A DNA stretch of 64,000 bases from Octopus vulgaris (GCA_951406725.2 OX597815.1:37324001-37388000); one strand, 5' to 3'; numbered from the stretch's first letter, positions 51,801-63,800 are shown. Numbers and translations are program-made. Notes: generated by a model not told the origin, from the letters alone.

Positions 51801-53200
51801 CGGCTTGGCTTCTCGAATGATGATTGATGAAGACAGTGGTCTACGTTGACACCTGGTTGACTACGTTAACACAACGTCTTGGGCCCATTTTTTCAGTGTC
51901 TACTTCAATGTCTCCTTTCCTTCTAAAACAGACCTACGTGCGTTCTCGAGGAAGACAAAGTGGAGAATGTATGTCACCAAGCAAAACGGGTGTAGTTTAT
52001 AGCATCTTACTGACGATACTTCAAGAGATTTCGTCGGAAAATATTTCTACATTTCCTCTGGTATCCTCCTCTTTCGCCTGTCAAGAGATAGTTCACTGTG
52101 TAGCCCAGGCAATGATTCTCTATCATAGACTAATATAGAGATCGATAAACTACTATATTTGATGGTTTGTAAGCTCACAAGCTTATAAAACATACCTTAA
52201 TTTCGGCGGGACGTTTCATGAGCCACCACTTTCCAGTAACCTAAATATTAACCTTGTGTTCATAAGAATGCTAATTTATATTCCAGGAGAGTCTTTTGTT
52301 TTGTTGAAGGCGGTAGCCAGCTTGGCTGTAGGCAATCTTTAAAACCAGTAGAAGAAAAATAAAAGAATAATTGAAGTTTATTACTTTTACACATTTGTAT
52401 ATGTGGTGGAATAGTTTTTATTTTAGATCTAATATATATTTTAAACACGACTGTTTTCCAATGTAATCTTTTATTATTAGTATTTTTTCGTATCAAACAA
52501 TCTTTGTTTGAAGTAATAAATTCTTGATGCATTTTTGGGATTTCGAACGATATCTTCTTTACTGATACTTCTTGCTTGGCGACTTTTGTTAATGCATTCA
52601 TATGTTTAGATCAGTTTTCTCATATTGATTATTAGAGTGCCAGGGTAGGCAAGGTAGGCAGTGTCTACCTTGAACGAAGTAGATCGATAGTAACATTTTC
52701 CTTTTTATGGCAGAATATGCAGCTAATCCAATAAAATTATGAAGGTTACTCTGATTATTATGCATAAAATGAAAAAAATATTTTATTTTGTATAGATTAA
52801 GTAGGCATAATTCGCCCCTGTCTTTCAATCTCAGTATTAAAACTGTGTGTAGTACACATGCTGCGTACATTCCTACAACAATGTCTTCTTTACGCACTAT
52901 AAAGGCAGAAGTAAATCTGCCTCCAACTCAGTCGCGCGCCTGTTTCGCTTATTTTTGTGTGTTTTACTACATAAACGTCACCAACTACCTACCCTGAGCA
53001 ATTACTCACGACACGTGCCTGGTTAAAACAATTCGGTTGTTGTATGCCCGAAACCTCTTTAAGTGCCTGGCATATACAATTGTCATATTGGAATTTCGGG
53101 AGGAATAGATTATTAAATCATAGTTATTAAATAGTTTATTAAATGAGCTCATTCACATGTGTGGATGAGCTCATTTACCTCGTTCTCTTAGCAGGGATCA

Positions 53201-53442
53201 TACTCTTTTTACTCTTTTCCTCTTTTACTTGTTTCAGTCATTTGACTGCGGCCATGCTGGAGCACCGCCTTTTTTTTAGTCGAGCAAATCGACCCCGGGA
53301 CTTATTCTTTGTAAGCCCAGTACTTATTCTATCGGTCTCTTTTGCCGAACCGCTAAGTGACGGGGACGTAAACACACCAGCATCGGTTGTCAAGCAATGC
53401 TAGGGGGACAAACACAGACACACAAACACACACACACAAACA

Positions 53443-53538
<96 letters not shown>

Positions 53539-53699
53539 TACGACAGGCTTCTTTCAGTTTCCGTCTACCAAATCCACTCATAAGGCATTGGTCGGCCCGG
53601 GGCTATAGCAGAAGACACTTGCCCAAGGTGCCACGCAGTGGGACTGAACCCGGAACCATGTGGTTGGTAGACAAGCTACTTGCCACACAGCCACTCCTG
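53201..53699 (-). mobile_element. SINE family A, full length, young, with expanded internal (TA)n
   Basis: Almost identical to 21697-22113 outside the internal microsatellite. Confidence 0.93.
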
Positions 53700-54669
53700 T
53701 TCAGTTAGTTTTCTTTTTCATTTTCTTATTCGTGACGTGATTTGTTCCTTGTGCGTAAACAAGAATACATATTATTTTACAGACATAGGCTTGAACTCAT
53801 GGTCCCCACCTGAATCTCTATGCTTAAACTAACCTCCTATCAAAACTTATATTCGCAGTGTTAGAGATTCTTGGTGTTGACAGAAGAATGAAAACGTTTA
53901 CCATCGTGGATTTTATAAAAGGAATAGTTCGAAAGTTCTGAAATGTTCGACGGGTGCATGAAAACTGAAAGGTATAACCGCCCAACATTGCAACTATAAC
54001 AACCAAGATGAGGAGACTAACCCGAATACTTCAGTATATAATGATAATATATCCTATCTCAAATGAGAAAAACAATACGAAAGCAGACGAAGTTCCAGGT
54101 TTATTATACTATATATGTGTTGCTATCATTTAAAGATTATGATTTGAGAGAAAACCCCTGCAGCCATCTAGAACAATTATATCAAAATTGTCTAGATAGA
54201 TTTGAAATTACATATTCAAAAATCTCACCATTGTAACATAACTATATTAATAAGAGAGACAATTTCCTGAGATGAATTTAGTAAAGTAAGCGTATGAAAA
54301 ACTGGACAATGCAGAAATGTTCTCTTTTATTTTAATAAGTTGGTATAAAAATAATTCTGAAGAATCATGTATCTGCGCATTTATACATATGAAAAGACGT
54401 GGTTAATAATTTGATGCTAAGAGATTTCAACCACAAAATAAACATATTGGATTATATTTGATTGTGTTTAATCAAGGCACAAATCTATAAGGTATATTTA
54501 AAGATATTCTTACTTTTTAAAAATGATTTTTCTAAATTAAGCACAAGAATTCACAAAATAGATTACGTAAACACGTATATTTATGCGTGCATGTATGTGT
54601 GCATGTATGTATGCATGTTTGTCAATATCCATATATATATATGTGTGCGTGCGTGCGTGTGTGTGTATT

Positions 54670-54701
<32 letters not shown>

Positions 54702-54847
54702 AAGAGAAAGAGGAAAATAGATAGAGAAAGAAAGAGAGAAAGAGAAAGAGAACAAAATATTAAGAAAACAAAAGATAAGTTCATAGTGAGAGAAAGAGCA
54801 AGAGTTAATTCACAGACTCGCACACATACACACATTCACACACACAT

Positions 54848-54892
<45 letters not shown>

Positions 54893-55679
54893 AACACACA
54901 CACACACATATTGCTGAGTTTGGTGGGAAGTCTATATCCATGACTTTTATCAGGGTACACTATACGGGAGAAAATTTATTCTCAAACAGGAGATCAGGCT
55001 CGAATGTATGTAACGCACCGCGCTCTTCCATTAAAGGCATCCAAACGCCAGATGGGGGGTATCAAATTAAAAGACGTAGTAATTAAACCACACTCCTATG
55101 TGCTTAAAGCTGTATTAAAGAATAAATGTATATATCGGTTTTAGCATGCAATACATATACAGACAGAAGAAACCATCTTGGATTTGTATTAATAACTTCA
55201 AGACAAAAAAAAGAGTGAACAATAAAGATGATCAATCGAACAAATCTTAATACTGTGTTGCGATTTCTAACCTGTTTATAGAGCTCCTATTAATATTGGC
55301 TAGAGTTATAGCGATTAGGTTACATTCAACTAGACCGATATATATTGTAAGTAGGGGAGCGAACCCTCCACCTTTCTCAAGTGACTTGACAGGATCACCT
55401 CACCGTCCGGTTTCGGGTTATTTTTTCCCATACTCAGTGGAGTTTGGATAGATAACCAGCTAGAGAAAGCATCTTCTAGGGGTTAAAAATGACAGTAACG
55501 TCAGTTGGTACGGAACAGCCATGTTGAAGTGGCGACAAACATTACTTGTCAGTATAGTTACTACTTTTATCTCTTATAGAAATTTTCTAACTAGCTACTT
55601 TGATTGCTGTAAGATCAGCGACAGATTGTCACTTATTTTTCTATATATTGTGAGTTGAAATGGAATACTGCCATCTCTA

Positions 55680-57400
55680 ACAGACTCGGTTTTTGTTGTT
55701 TTTTCAAGTGTAAGCGGTATTTTTGTGCGAAGCCACCATCGTTGGGTGAAAGTGAATAATGGAAGAAAAGAAGAGTTACGCAGAAGCTACTGGAGGTCGA
55801 GATACTATAGACGCACGTGTGCTGAAGCCGAAGAGTATTGAGTGGGATGAGAAGATAGCAAACCATTATGGCATGATAAAAAAACAGAATGGTCAAACAT
55901 AAAAATGACCCTGCCAGAAGAGGAAAAAAGAAAATTGGGAAGCAGGACAGTGATATTCAGAACAGTTTCGAATGAAAATAAAATGGAGCACGCGCCGCAG
56001 GAAGACATAGAGGAAATATTGAAGGAACGAATGAGTGAAGGAATAACTTTCTTTAAAAGAGGAAGGAATTACGACTATAATAGTCACCGTTGCATCAGAG
56101 GAAGAGGCCAAAATGAAAGATAACAGACTGATACTGGGAGAGAAATAGACGTTGGTGCCGAACTGTTTGGGTAAAAGAATCGTCAGGGTCAGGGTGGGAA
56201 GAATCCCACCGACGATAGATCCAGAATGGGTGATAGTCGCAAGTTTTAATTGAGAGCTGGTGAAGGGAAGTGAAAACCCGAATATTTGCATAGTAAGCAG
56301 AACTCAACAATTGAATTGGCGGAAACTGTGGAATTACCAAACGGTGAAAAGCTGGAAGTAATGTTGGAGAGGAGATTCCCAAAATGATACGGATGCAATG
56401 AAAGAGGACACCTGAGAAGGAAATGCCCTAAAGCAGCAGTAGAAATGGTGGAAGAGAGTGTACAGGAAGAGATAGTGGCGGAAAAAAAGCAGAAGCAGAG
56501 AGCAGAATATGATGGGAATTAGGTGGAGGTAAAACCCAGGAAAAGAGACAGAAGAAAGTCAACGACGACAGTGGAAGTGAAGAAGTACAAAGGAATGGAA
56601 AAAGAAACTCAATCCACGACGAGAAACGGAGAAAATTTATCAGCGGAAGTACCAGCAAAGGAATTAAAAGTACAGTCATTCAGACTAGAATGAGACAACC
56701 CAGAATTACGGAAACCTAAAGACATAGACACACAGACGAAACACGTAGAGTTGCAGTCAAACGAACACACATACACACAAATACAAGAACACACAGCCAC
56801 ACAAATACACGAAGACACAGACTTCGAGGCGGAAATACAAGAAGCCATAAAACGGCAGGAAAATAGGTGCTAAAACAGACAACATGAAAAGCACAAACGA
56901 AAAGAAAAATTATTGTGAGATAAGACACCCCAACTTGAAAGGAGTAAGTGGTAATTCAATTATAATTTTGTAAAGACTACAACTGAGAGAAATGATTGTT
57001 TGAACATTTTAGGAAAAAAAAACGGAAAAATAATGTAAAATTTCAAACTATTAAATGAATAGGTTTCCTAAAGATTTTTTAACCACTGTGATAAAAACAT
57101 TTGGTTTTCATTTAGTTTTAAAACAGGAAAAGAAATAAGTAAGGACTGTATGAACATGGGTTTAAAAGGGTTATTATGGTAGGGTAAAAGGGAAGAGGGA
57201 AGTCGCGGTTTCGCCTCGGAGCGAGGCTAATGGTTGTGTTGAAGGAATACACGGTTTCATCTCGCAGCGGGAGCGAGATGGCCGACTCATTTGCATTGTA
57301 AATATAATCATTTCACATTCATCCTCCATATGCTTTATGTTCCCGAATGTCTTTGTATGTCCCCTCTGTAATTAAGCCTTGTGCCTGTAATAAAGAATTA
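55680..57400 (+). mobile_element. ORF1-only L1/Tx1-derived element (HAL1-like), candidate 7-bp TSD ATCTCTA
   Basis: ATCTCTA at 55673-55679 and 57401-57407; ORF1 remnant RTVIFR...FFKRGRN...LVPNCLGKRIVRVRVGRIPPTIDPEWV homologous to ORF1 at 31960-32235; tail TGTCCCCTCTGTAATTAAGCCTTGTGCCTGTAATAAAGAA; no APE or RT motifs seen. Confidence 0.7.
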
Positions 57401-57642
57401 ATCTCTATCGGATAGGTGTCCACCACTGTGGATGGGCAAAAATAGCCCGAAACCAGACGATCTGGTGGGCTTGTCAAGTCGCTAAGAGATGGTTGTAGTT
57501 CACTCTCCTACTTACAATATATATCCGGTGCAGATTGCCTCGATAACCAGCTTGAAGAAGCATCCTCTTGGAGTTAAATATGGTAGTAACGTCGGTTCGT
57601 ACGGAACAGCCATGTCAAAGTGGCAAATAAACATTACTTTGG

Positions 57643-57725
<83 letters not shown>

Positions 57726-57726
57726 A

Positions 57727-57953
57727 AGGCGAGCTGGCAGAAACGTTAGCACGCCGGGCGAAATGAGTATCCGTACTTCGTCTGCCGTTACCTTCTGTGT
57801 TCAAATTCCGCCGAGGTCGACTTTGCCTTTCATCCTTTCGGGGTCGATAAATTAAGTACCAGTTAAGCACTGGGGTCGATATAATCGCCTTAATCCGTTT
57901 GTCTCTCCTTGTTTGTCCCCTCTATGTTTAGCCCTTTGTAGGTAATAAAGAAA
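57727..57953 (+). mobile_element. SINE family B, full length
   Basis: Matches 1854-2082; ends GTCCCCTCTATGTTTAGCCCTTTGTAGGTAATAAAGAAA. Confidence 0.92.
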
Positions 57954-58024
57954 CATATATATATACGAGTGAGTGGGCAACCAAAGAATGGCACTCGGCA
58001 AATTTATTGGTAGTTACATGAGTA

Positions 58025-59364
58025 CATCAATTAGTTTGGTTCGAACTCGCTGGTACTATTGTGCTTCAAATATGATGCTAGTCGTCAGCCATTTTGAATC
58101 TGAAAGGCAGAAGTTGATTGTTGTAACTGTAATATAGACTGCGATTGCTCGGGGAAGGTCACGCGGTGTCGTGGTTCGATGTTGGCATATCGGTAACAGC
58201 TCGTTGGAAAATACCACATGGTGAACAAGATATCGATCGCTGGTGGACAGGAAACCGGCCAGGTTGTTGGAGGGGGGGGGAAGTAGGAAGGAGTGGTATG
58301 TGCAAGTATATTGTTGTATATATGGGGGTGTAGACGCGTTCATGTGGTTTTGCGTGCATGTCTGCATTGATATACGCGTGCGCATCTGTACATGGGAGCG
58401 CACGCTTACGCCCCCATATACGCACACACACGGACACACATATATGAACGGACATGCGCGCGCACACACATACATGCACGCGCATGCACACACATGTACA
58501 CATATGCATGCACACACACATGCGTATTCATTTATATGTACATATGTATAAACTCTTGAGTGCATATACGCATGCATAACAATGTGCGCACACACATGCA
58601 TGCACGTGCACATGCAAACGCGCGTGCGCGTACCCAGCATCAAGTGGTCTATATTCGACAGAGCGCCACCATATTCACCCGGCGCCCCCAACTAACAGCT
58701 CTGCCTCCGCATATCCTCCACCAACCCGCAGTATACATTAGCAAGAAATACGATTTATCTTATTGCTGTCACCAGAAGTATGCCGACAACCCGGAGATAC
58801 CACCACAGTACCAGTTGCTACTCTGCACCACCTGCACCAAGGTCACCGGCACCAATCAACCCCATGAGAAGAACCACCAATTACCAATCCACAACGCTTA
58901 CCAATCCCCAACGCGTGTTATGCACATGTATAACCATGCATGTGCGCGTGCGAGTGTGCATGTGCACCCGCATGTCCGTTCATATGTATGTGTGTGTGGG
59001 AGTACGCATGCGTGCCCATATATAGATGCGTACGCTCGCATCAATACAGACATGCGCAAAACCATATGAAAGCGTCTACACAGCCAGAAATACAACCATA
59101 TGCTTGCACATACCGCCCCTTCCTACCTCTCCTCCCACAAACTGACCGATTTCCTGACCACCACGCGGTCGATTTCCTGTCTATCGCACGGTCGATTTCC
59201 TGTTCACCAACATCGAACCACAACACCGCATGATCTCCCTCGACCAATCGCAGCCAACATTACGGTAATTACAATCAACTCCTGTCATTCAAATTCAAAA
59301 TGACTGAAGACCAGCATCACGCTTGAAACTCAAGAGTACCAACGAATTTGAATCAAACTGATTT

Positions 59365-59370
<6 letters not shown>
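58025..59370 (+). mobile_element. Penelope-like insertion: inverted pLTR, GIY-YIG C-terminal remnant, pLTR
   Basis: 58025-58500 is the diverged reverse complement of 58925-59367; centre reads SIKWSIFDRAPPYSPGAP...ILHQPAVYISKKYDLSYCCHQK; a hammerhead lies in each arm. Confidence 0.8.
59287..59353 (+). ncRNA. Type-I hammerhead motif with bulged stem I
   Basis: ATTCAAATTC-AAAA-TGA-CTGAAGA-CCAGC ATCAC GCTT-GAAA-CTC AA GAG-TA-CCA-AC-GAATTTGAAT; mirror copy at ~58039-58104 (-) has TGG-CTGACGA...TA-CCA. Confidence 0.75.
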
Positions 59371-59426
<56 letters not shown>

Positions 59427-59431
<5 letters not shown>

Positions 59432-59656
59432 CTTAGAGACAAAACCACTATTATGCAAATCAAACAAAGAAAGGCTTAATTTTATTTAATTTATATAAAA
59501 TTTTTTATGTATTGGATTAAGTCTTTCTTTGTTTGATTTGCATAATAGTGGTTTTGTCTCTAATTAATATTATATAATATTTTACTATAAAATTGGATTC
59601 AATCCTAAATCTGATTTTTCCCTGTAAATTTGGATTTATTCCCTAATATTTATTAT

Positions 59657-59660
<4 letters not shown>
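59427..59660. mobile_element. (TA)n-embedded fold-back with unpaired 3' extension
   Basis: TTAGAGACAAAACCACTATTATGCAAATCAAACAAAGAAAG inverted at 59523-59563, then ~90 nt unpaired. Confidence 0.7.
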
Positions 59661-59686
<26 letters not shown>

Positions 59687-59690
<4 letters not shown>

Positions 59691-60200
59691 TGAGGGCTAA
59701 AAACCACTATGTGGACAGGCATATGCTAGAAATAGATCACCTACGATCAAACTACAAAGAAAGAACTCAGACATTTGAAATTAACCCCAATGTAATCGGT
59801 GGAACTAAGCACATGTCTGTTTTTATACGGAAAACTTAGTTTTACAAATTATATTGCTTTTGGAACGATCGTACTGACGAGTCCTACGGACGAAGGATTA
59901 CATAAGTGATTTATTCGTTAATAGACGAAATCGGTATGCGATTAATTCTTGTTTTTTATATAATTTCATCTGTCTTGTCCGCCTATTGTTCTGGTGTCCG
60001 CTGAATTTTTCTCTAGAGAACATTCTTTCTTTGTAGTTTGATCGCAGGTGATCTATTTCTAGCATATGGCTGTCCACATAGTGGTTTTTAGCCCTTAAAA
60101 TATACACATGTATTAGAATTTTCTCTGATTTTTCAGATTTTAAATTAATATTAATTAAATTAATATTCAATTTATCTCCCTCATTATTTAAATGTTTATA
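59687..60200 (+). mobile_element. PLE-derived mini-element: ~78-bp inverted arms around a hammerhead, in (TA)n
   Basis: 59687-59765 versus 60023-60100 inverted; hammerhead GATCGTA-CTGACGA-GTC...GAC-GAAA-TCGG-TA-TGCGATT at 59867-59943. Confidence 0.82.
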
Positions 60201-60370
60201 TATATATATATGAGAAAGTTGGTTTGTGAAAGCACGTGATTGAATATATAGAAAATAGTAAAAAGTGAAAAAACTACTGAAGGCTTGTTTTAAAAGGTTA
60301 AAAAATATATATTTGAGTCAATATGTCTGAAGAATGTTATAAATTTTTTTCTTACAATGACATAGTTTAG

Positions 60371-60410
60371 AAGAAATGACCGGTTTCGCGTTCAGCTTTT
60401 CAAATTTCTT
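60371..60410 (-). ncRNA. Degenerate hammerhead motif in a PLE-like fragment (~60211-60441) between (TA)n runs
   Basis: AAGAAAT-TTGAAAA-GC TGAAC GC-GAAA-CCGG-TC-ATTTCTT; perfect stem I, palindromic ACCGGT stem III, core reads U3...A8. Confidence 0.6.
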
Positions 60411-60439
60411 ACATCGTTATGTTTATGTTGAGAAGAGTT

Positions 60440-60512
<73 letters not shown>

Positions 60513-60604
60513 TATATATATATATAAATATATATGTATATTTATATATGTATATATATATATTTATATACACTTACATGTATGCATATACATATGCGTA
60601 TATA

Positions 60605-60768
60605 TACTCTTTTACTTGTTTCAGTTTCCGTCTATCAAATCCACTCACAAGGCATTGATCGGCCCGAGGCTATAGTAGAAGACACTTGCCCAAGGTGCCA
60701 CGCAGTGGGACTGAACCCGGAACCACGTTGTTGGTAAGCAAGCTACTTACCACACAGCCACTTCTGCG

Positions 60769-60771
<3 letters not shown>
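60605..60771 (-). mobile_element. SINE family A, internally deleted (head fused to tail)
   Basis: ACTCTTTTACTTGTTTCAGT joined directly to TTCCGTCTATCAAATCCAC. Confidence 0.88.
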
Positions 60772-60809
<38 letters not shown>

Positions 60810-63800
60810 ATGTATTATTTATTCTGTTATAAATCTGTATGAATAGATTGATAGATGCATGAGTGTATATATTGTTAGGCATACACGTACACATACATAC
60901 ACAATTACTTTCATTTGAATATACCCTTAAACAATTGCATTGGCATATAGTTTCATAGTTCAAGATAGAAACAAGTAAATTTTATTATTCGTACGGTCCT
61001 GGGCAGCAATTATCATTAACTAACATTCTCTTATGAGACATTTGATAGACGGAGACTCATATGAGAAACTACAGCTTATTCCAAAGAGCAATTAACGACG
61101 ACTCTGACATTTCAGATTGATTAGCAGTTGTAGAAATAACACAAGAAAAAATCTATAGGTCAATCGCATGACCAAATATCACTTGTAGACTGAATACAAT
61201 TTGCTTGAATGAGTTGCGTTAGATGGCTGTGCTAAGCAGTATTTAATGGAAAGAGACGAATGAAGTAATAGAAAGATACAAATCATGAAATGCTGGCTAT
61301 AAGCAGTAACGACCCGTTGGAATAGCCTTGTGATGGCTTGCTAAGTTTTGTATCTCACCTCTGGTTGCTAGTGTTACTGTCCCTTCATTTAGTTCCCTTC
61401 TGTAGAATTCAAAGACATTGAAAGAATAAATAAATCATAGTAAAGTGATTATTGATAAATCAGAAATACAATAGTCTTAAACACGAATGTGTCGATGTCT
61501 GAACAATATATTCATATTCCGTCATAATTGGTGCTGTATGGCCAAATGGTTAAAAAGTTCACTTCGCAAACACGAGGTCCCGGGTTTGGGTAAGATGGAA
61601 ACTTTGAAAGCCCGTCTCATGTATGAAATTGTGATTTAAGTGTCTTTCCTTGTGAACGCGCATGCGTTTGTGCTTGCGCGCACACTGATATGCATGCGTA
61701 TATACACATGTACATATAGATGAATACGCATGTGTCTGTGTACATTGATTCCCTATGAAATTTATGTTAAGTGTATGTGTTCGTCCCTCTGGCATATTCA
61801 TCCACTAGCATGCTAATTTAATGAGTTTAGTTGATCGAACAACTGAAAAACTTATGTTGGAAAATTTTGACCAAGAATGACTTTTTTACATTAAAGATCA
61901 TGATTCTTGTCACAATTGGAAAGGCCTAAACAGTGGCCATTCTCACTGTACATAATAATGGAAACTTAATGTTTGCTAATGATTCGATTTGGAAATACCT
62001 TTGAAATGAAGTTACGTTTTTAGCCAACCTATATAAAATCATGAACTGTCAACAATTTGAGTTCTAGTTTACTTATTCTATTTCAATTATTTTGCAGTTG
62101 AAGGGGGTCGAAATATATCCATATTTAAGTCCTGTAAATACGAACAATATTAGGAATCATGACTTTTACGAACTTCAAGAATTGTCCCACAAGTTTATAT
62201 TTTATCTCGCATTTCTGTGTTTATATTTATGTCACATTTTAAGGTACAAGATGAGAAGCTTGGACAGATAAACGGCGAACAGCAATATGGCAGAGTCGTC
62301 AGAACTTCGGATGAAGTGAATTGTGGTAGTCATTCCGATGTCTAGCGTTCTAAGTTCAAATCTCAACAATGTGAACTTTGCCGTTCATCCCTCCAGGGCC
62401 AATAATTTCAGTAACAGTTTAAGCCTATGGACTTGCCGAATGGTTAGAGTTTGATGAAATTCCTTGTAGTATTTGCACCTGCTATTAACCTTCTAAATTT
62501 GAATTCGTTGTAGTAAAATGAAGGTAGATTTATTCCATCGCTCGATTTAACATTTCACACCACCTAGTTCTTGGGTCTGCCTTTAGCAGAGCTTATACTG
62601 TTTTAAACATTTGGTCCAGATCTCTGGTTGAAGGATATATTCTATCCTCTCCTACCATCCTCGAAGGCCATAAAATTTCCCATGGGTATTGACTTCTGAT
62701 TAAGCGATAAAAATTGCTAACATAAATATCAATGCTTCTCGTGAATAAAATTCATAGTAATGGAAATATTTTTCCAGTAGAAATTAATGCAGTTGTAGGA
62801 AACAGTTTTGCAGATGTTACAAAAGTTTCCATCCGAGATAATATTCTCGAAAATTCAGCACTGAGTGTCATTGTCGTACTAGCTTCTCATAAAAAAAAAA
62901 AAAACAATAAATATACAAAATGATCAAAATTGTGGGATATAGTATAACCACGAGATGACGTTTTTGCTAGTCTGGTTAAGCCCTATAATTAACCAGTTAA
63001 GTTGACATTACAAATGATGTTATGATGTTTTCGAAGTTATATTTTCTTTTAAATAAGCCGTTTTGCACCTGAATCACTTTGGAGTGGTTATACTCTATTT
63101 TGAAATCGTTATTACAACTTTAAAATTACTATTCTTATTACAATGTTGAAAATTTTAATTTTGAAACCATTACTTTCCCTTTCGATGTCACATCTCGAAA
63201 TAAAAATCTGCTCTCTTTGAATTATAAATACAGTTTCGTCACAATTTTTAGGTTACAAAAATGCAAATAAAAGCAATACCAAAATAGAAACTGAACAAAA
63301 GGAAAATAATTTTGTTTCCTACCAATTAAACGAAACAAACAAAATTGCTAAGTTAGCAATCTTTCAAAAACATTTTGCTGTTCCTCGGAGTAGTAAGAGA
63401 AAGCAAAGATACATTATAGATTCTGGAGACGCATTACACTGCACCATAAGTGTATGGCATTCTTAATAACATTTCTCAGAATATTGCAGCTAATTGAATT
63501 AAACAAGCATATTGCACAGAAAATTGGATTCTTGACGCTTTACTCAACTTGGGAAAAGGTTCTGTCACAGAAAGGTTTACATTTGGAACGAAATTTATTT
63601 GATTATATTGTTTCGGAGACATTTCTAAAGTATGGTTGCAACACCTTTTTGGCATTATTAAACTTGTGTACGTATACAGAACCTTGTCTCTTATTTGGTA
63701 AGCTACCTTTCTCTGTCACAATTTCTTCATACTATTCCCCCTTGCTTTCTATTTATCGTTTGTCAATTCTTTCATTCTGATGTCTGCTCCTACTTCGTCT

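Noticed and set aside
52625-52822. hAT-like MITE (GTAGGCA repeats, CGCCCCTG end)
   Set aside because: Left TIR and TSD are not recognisable.
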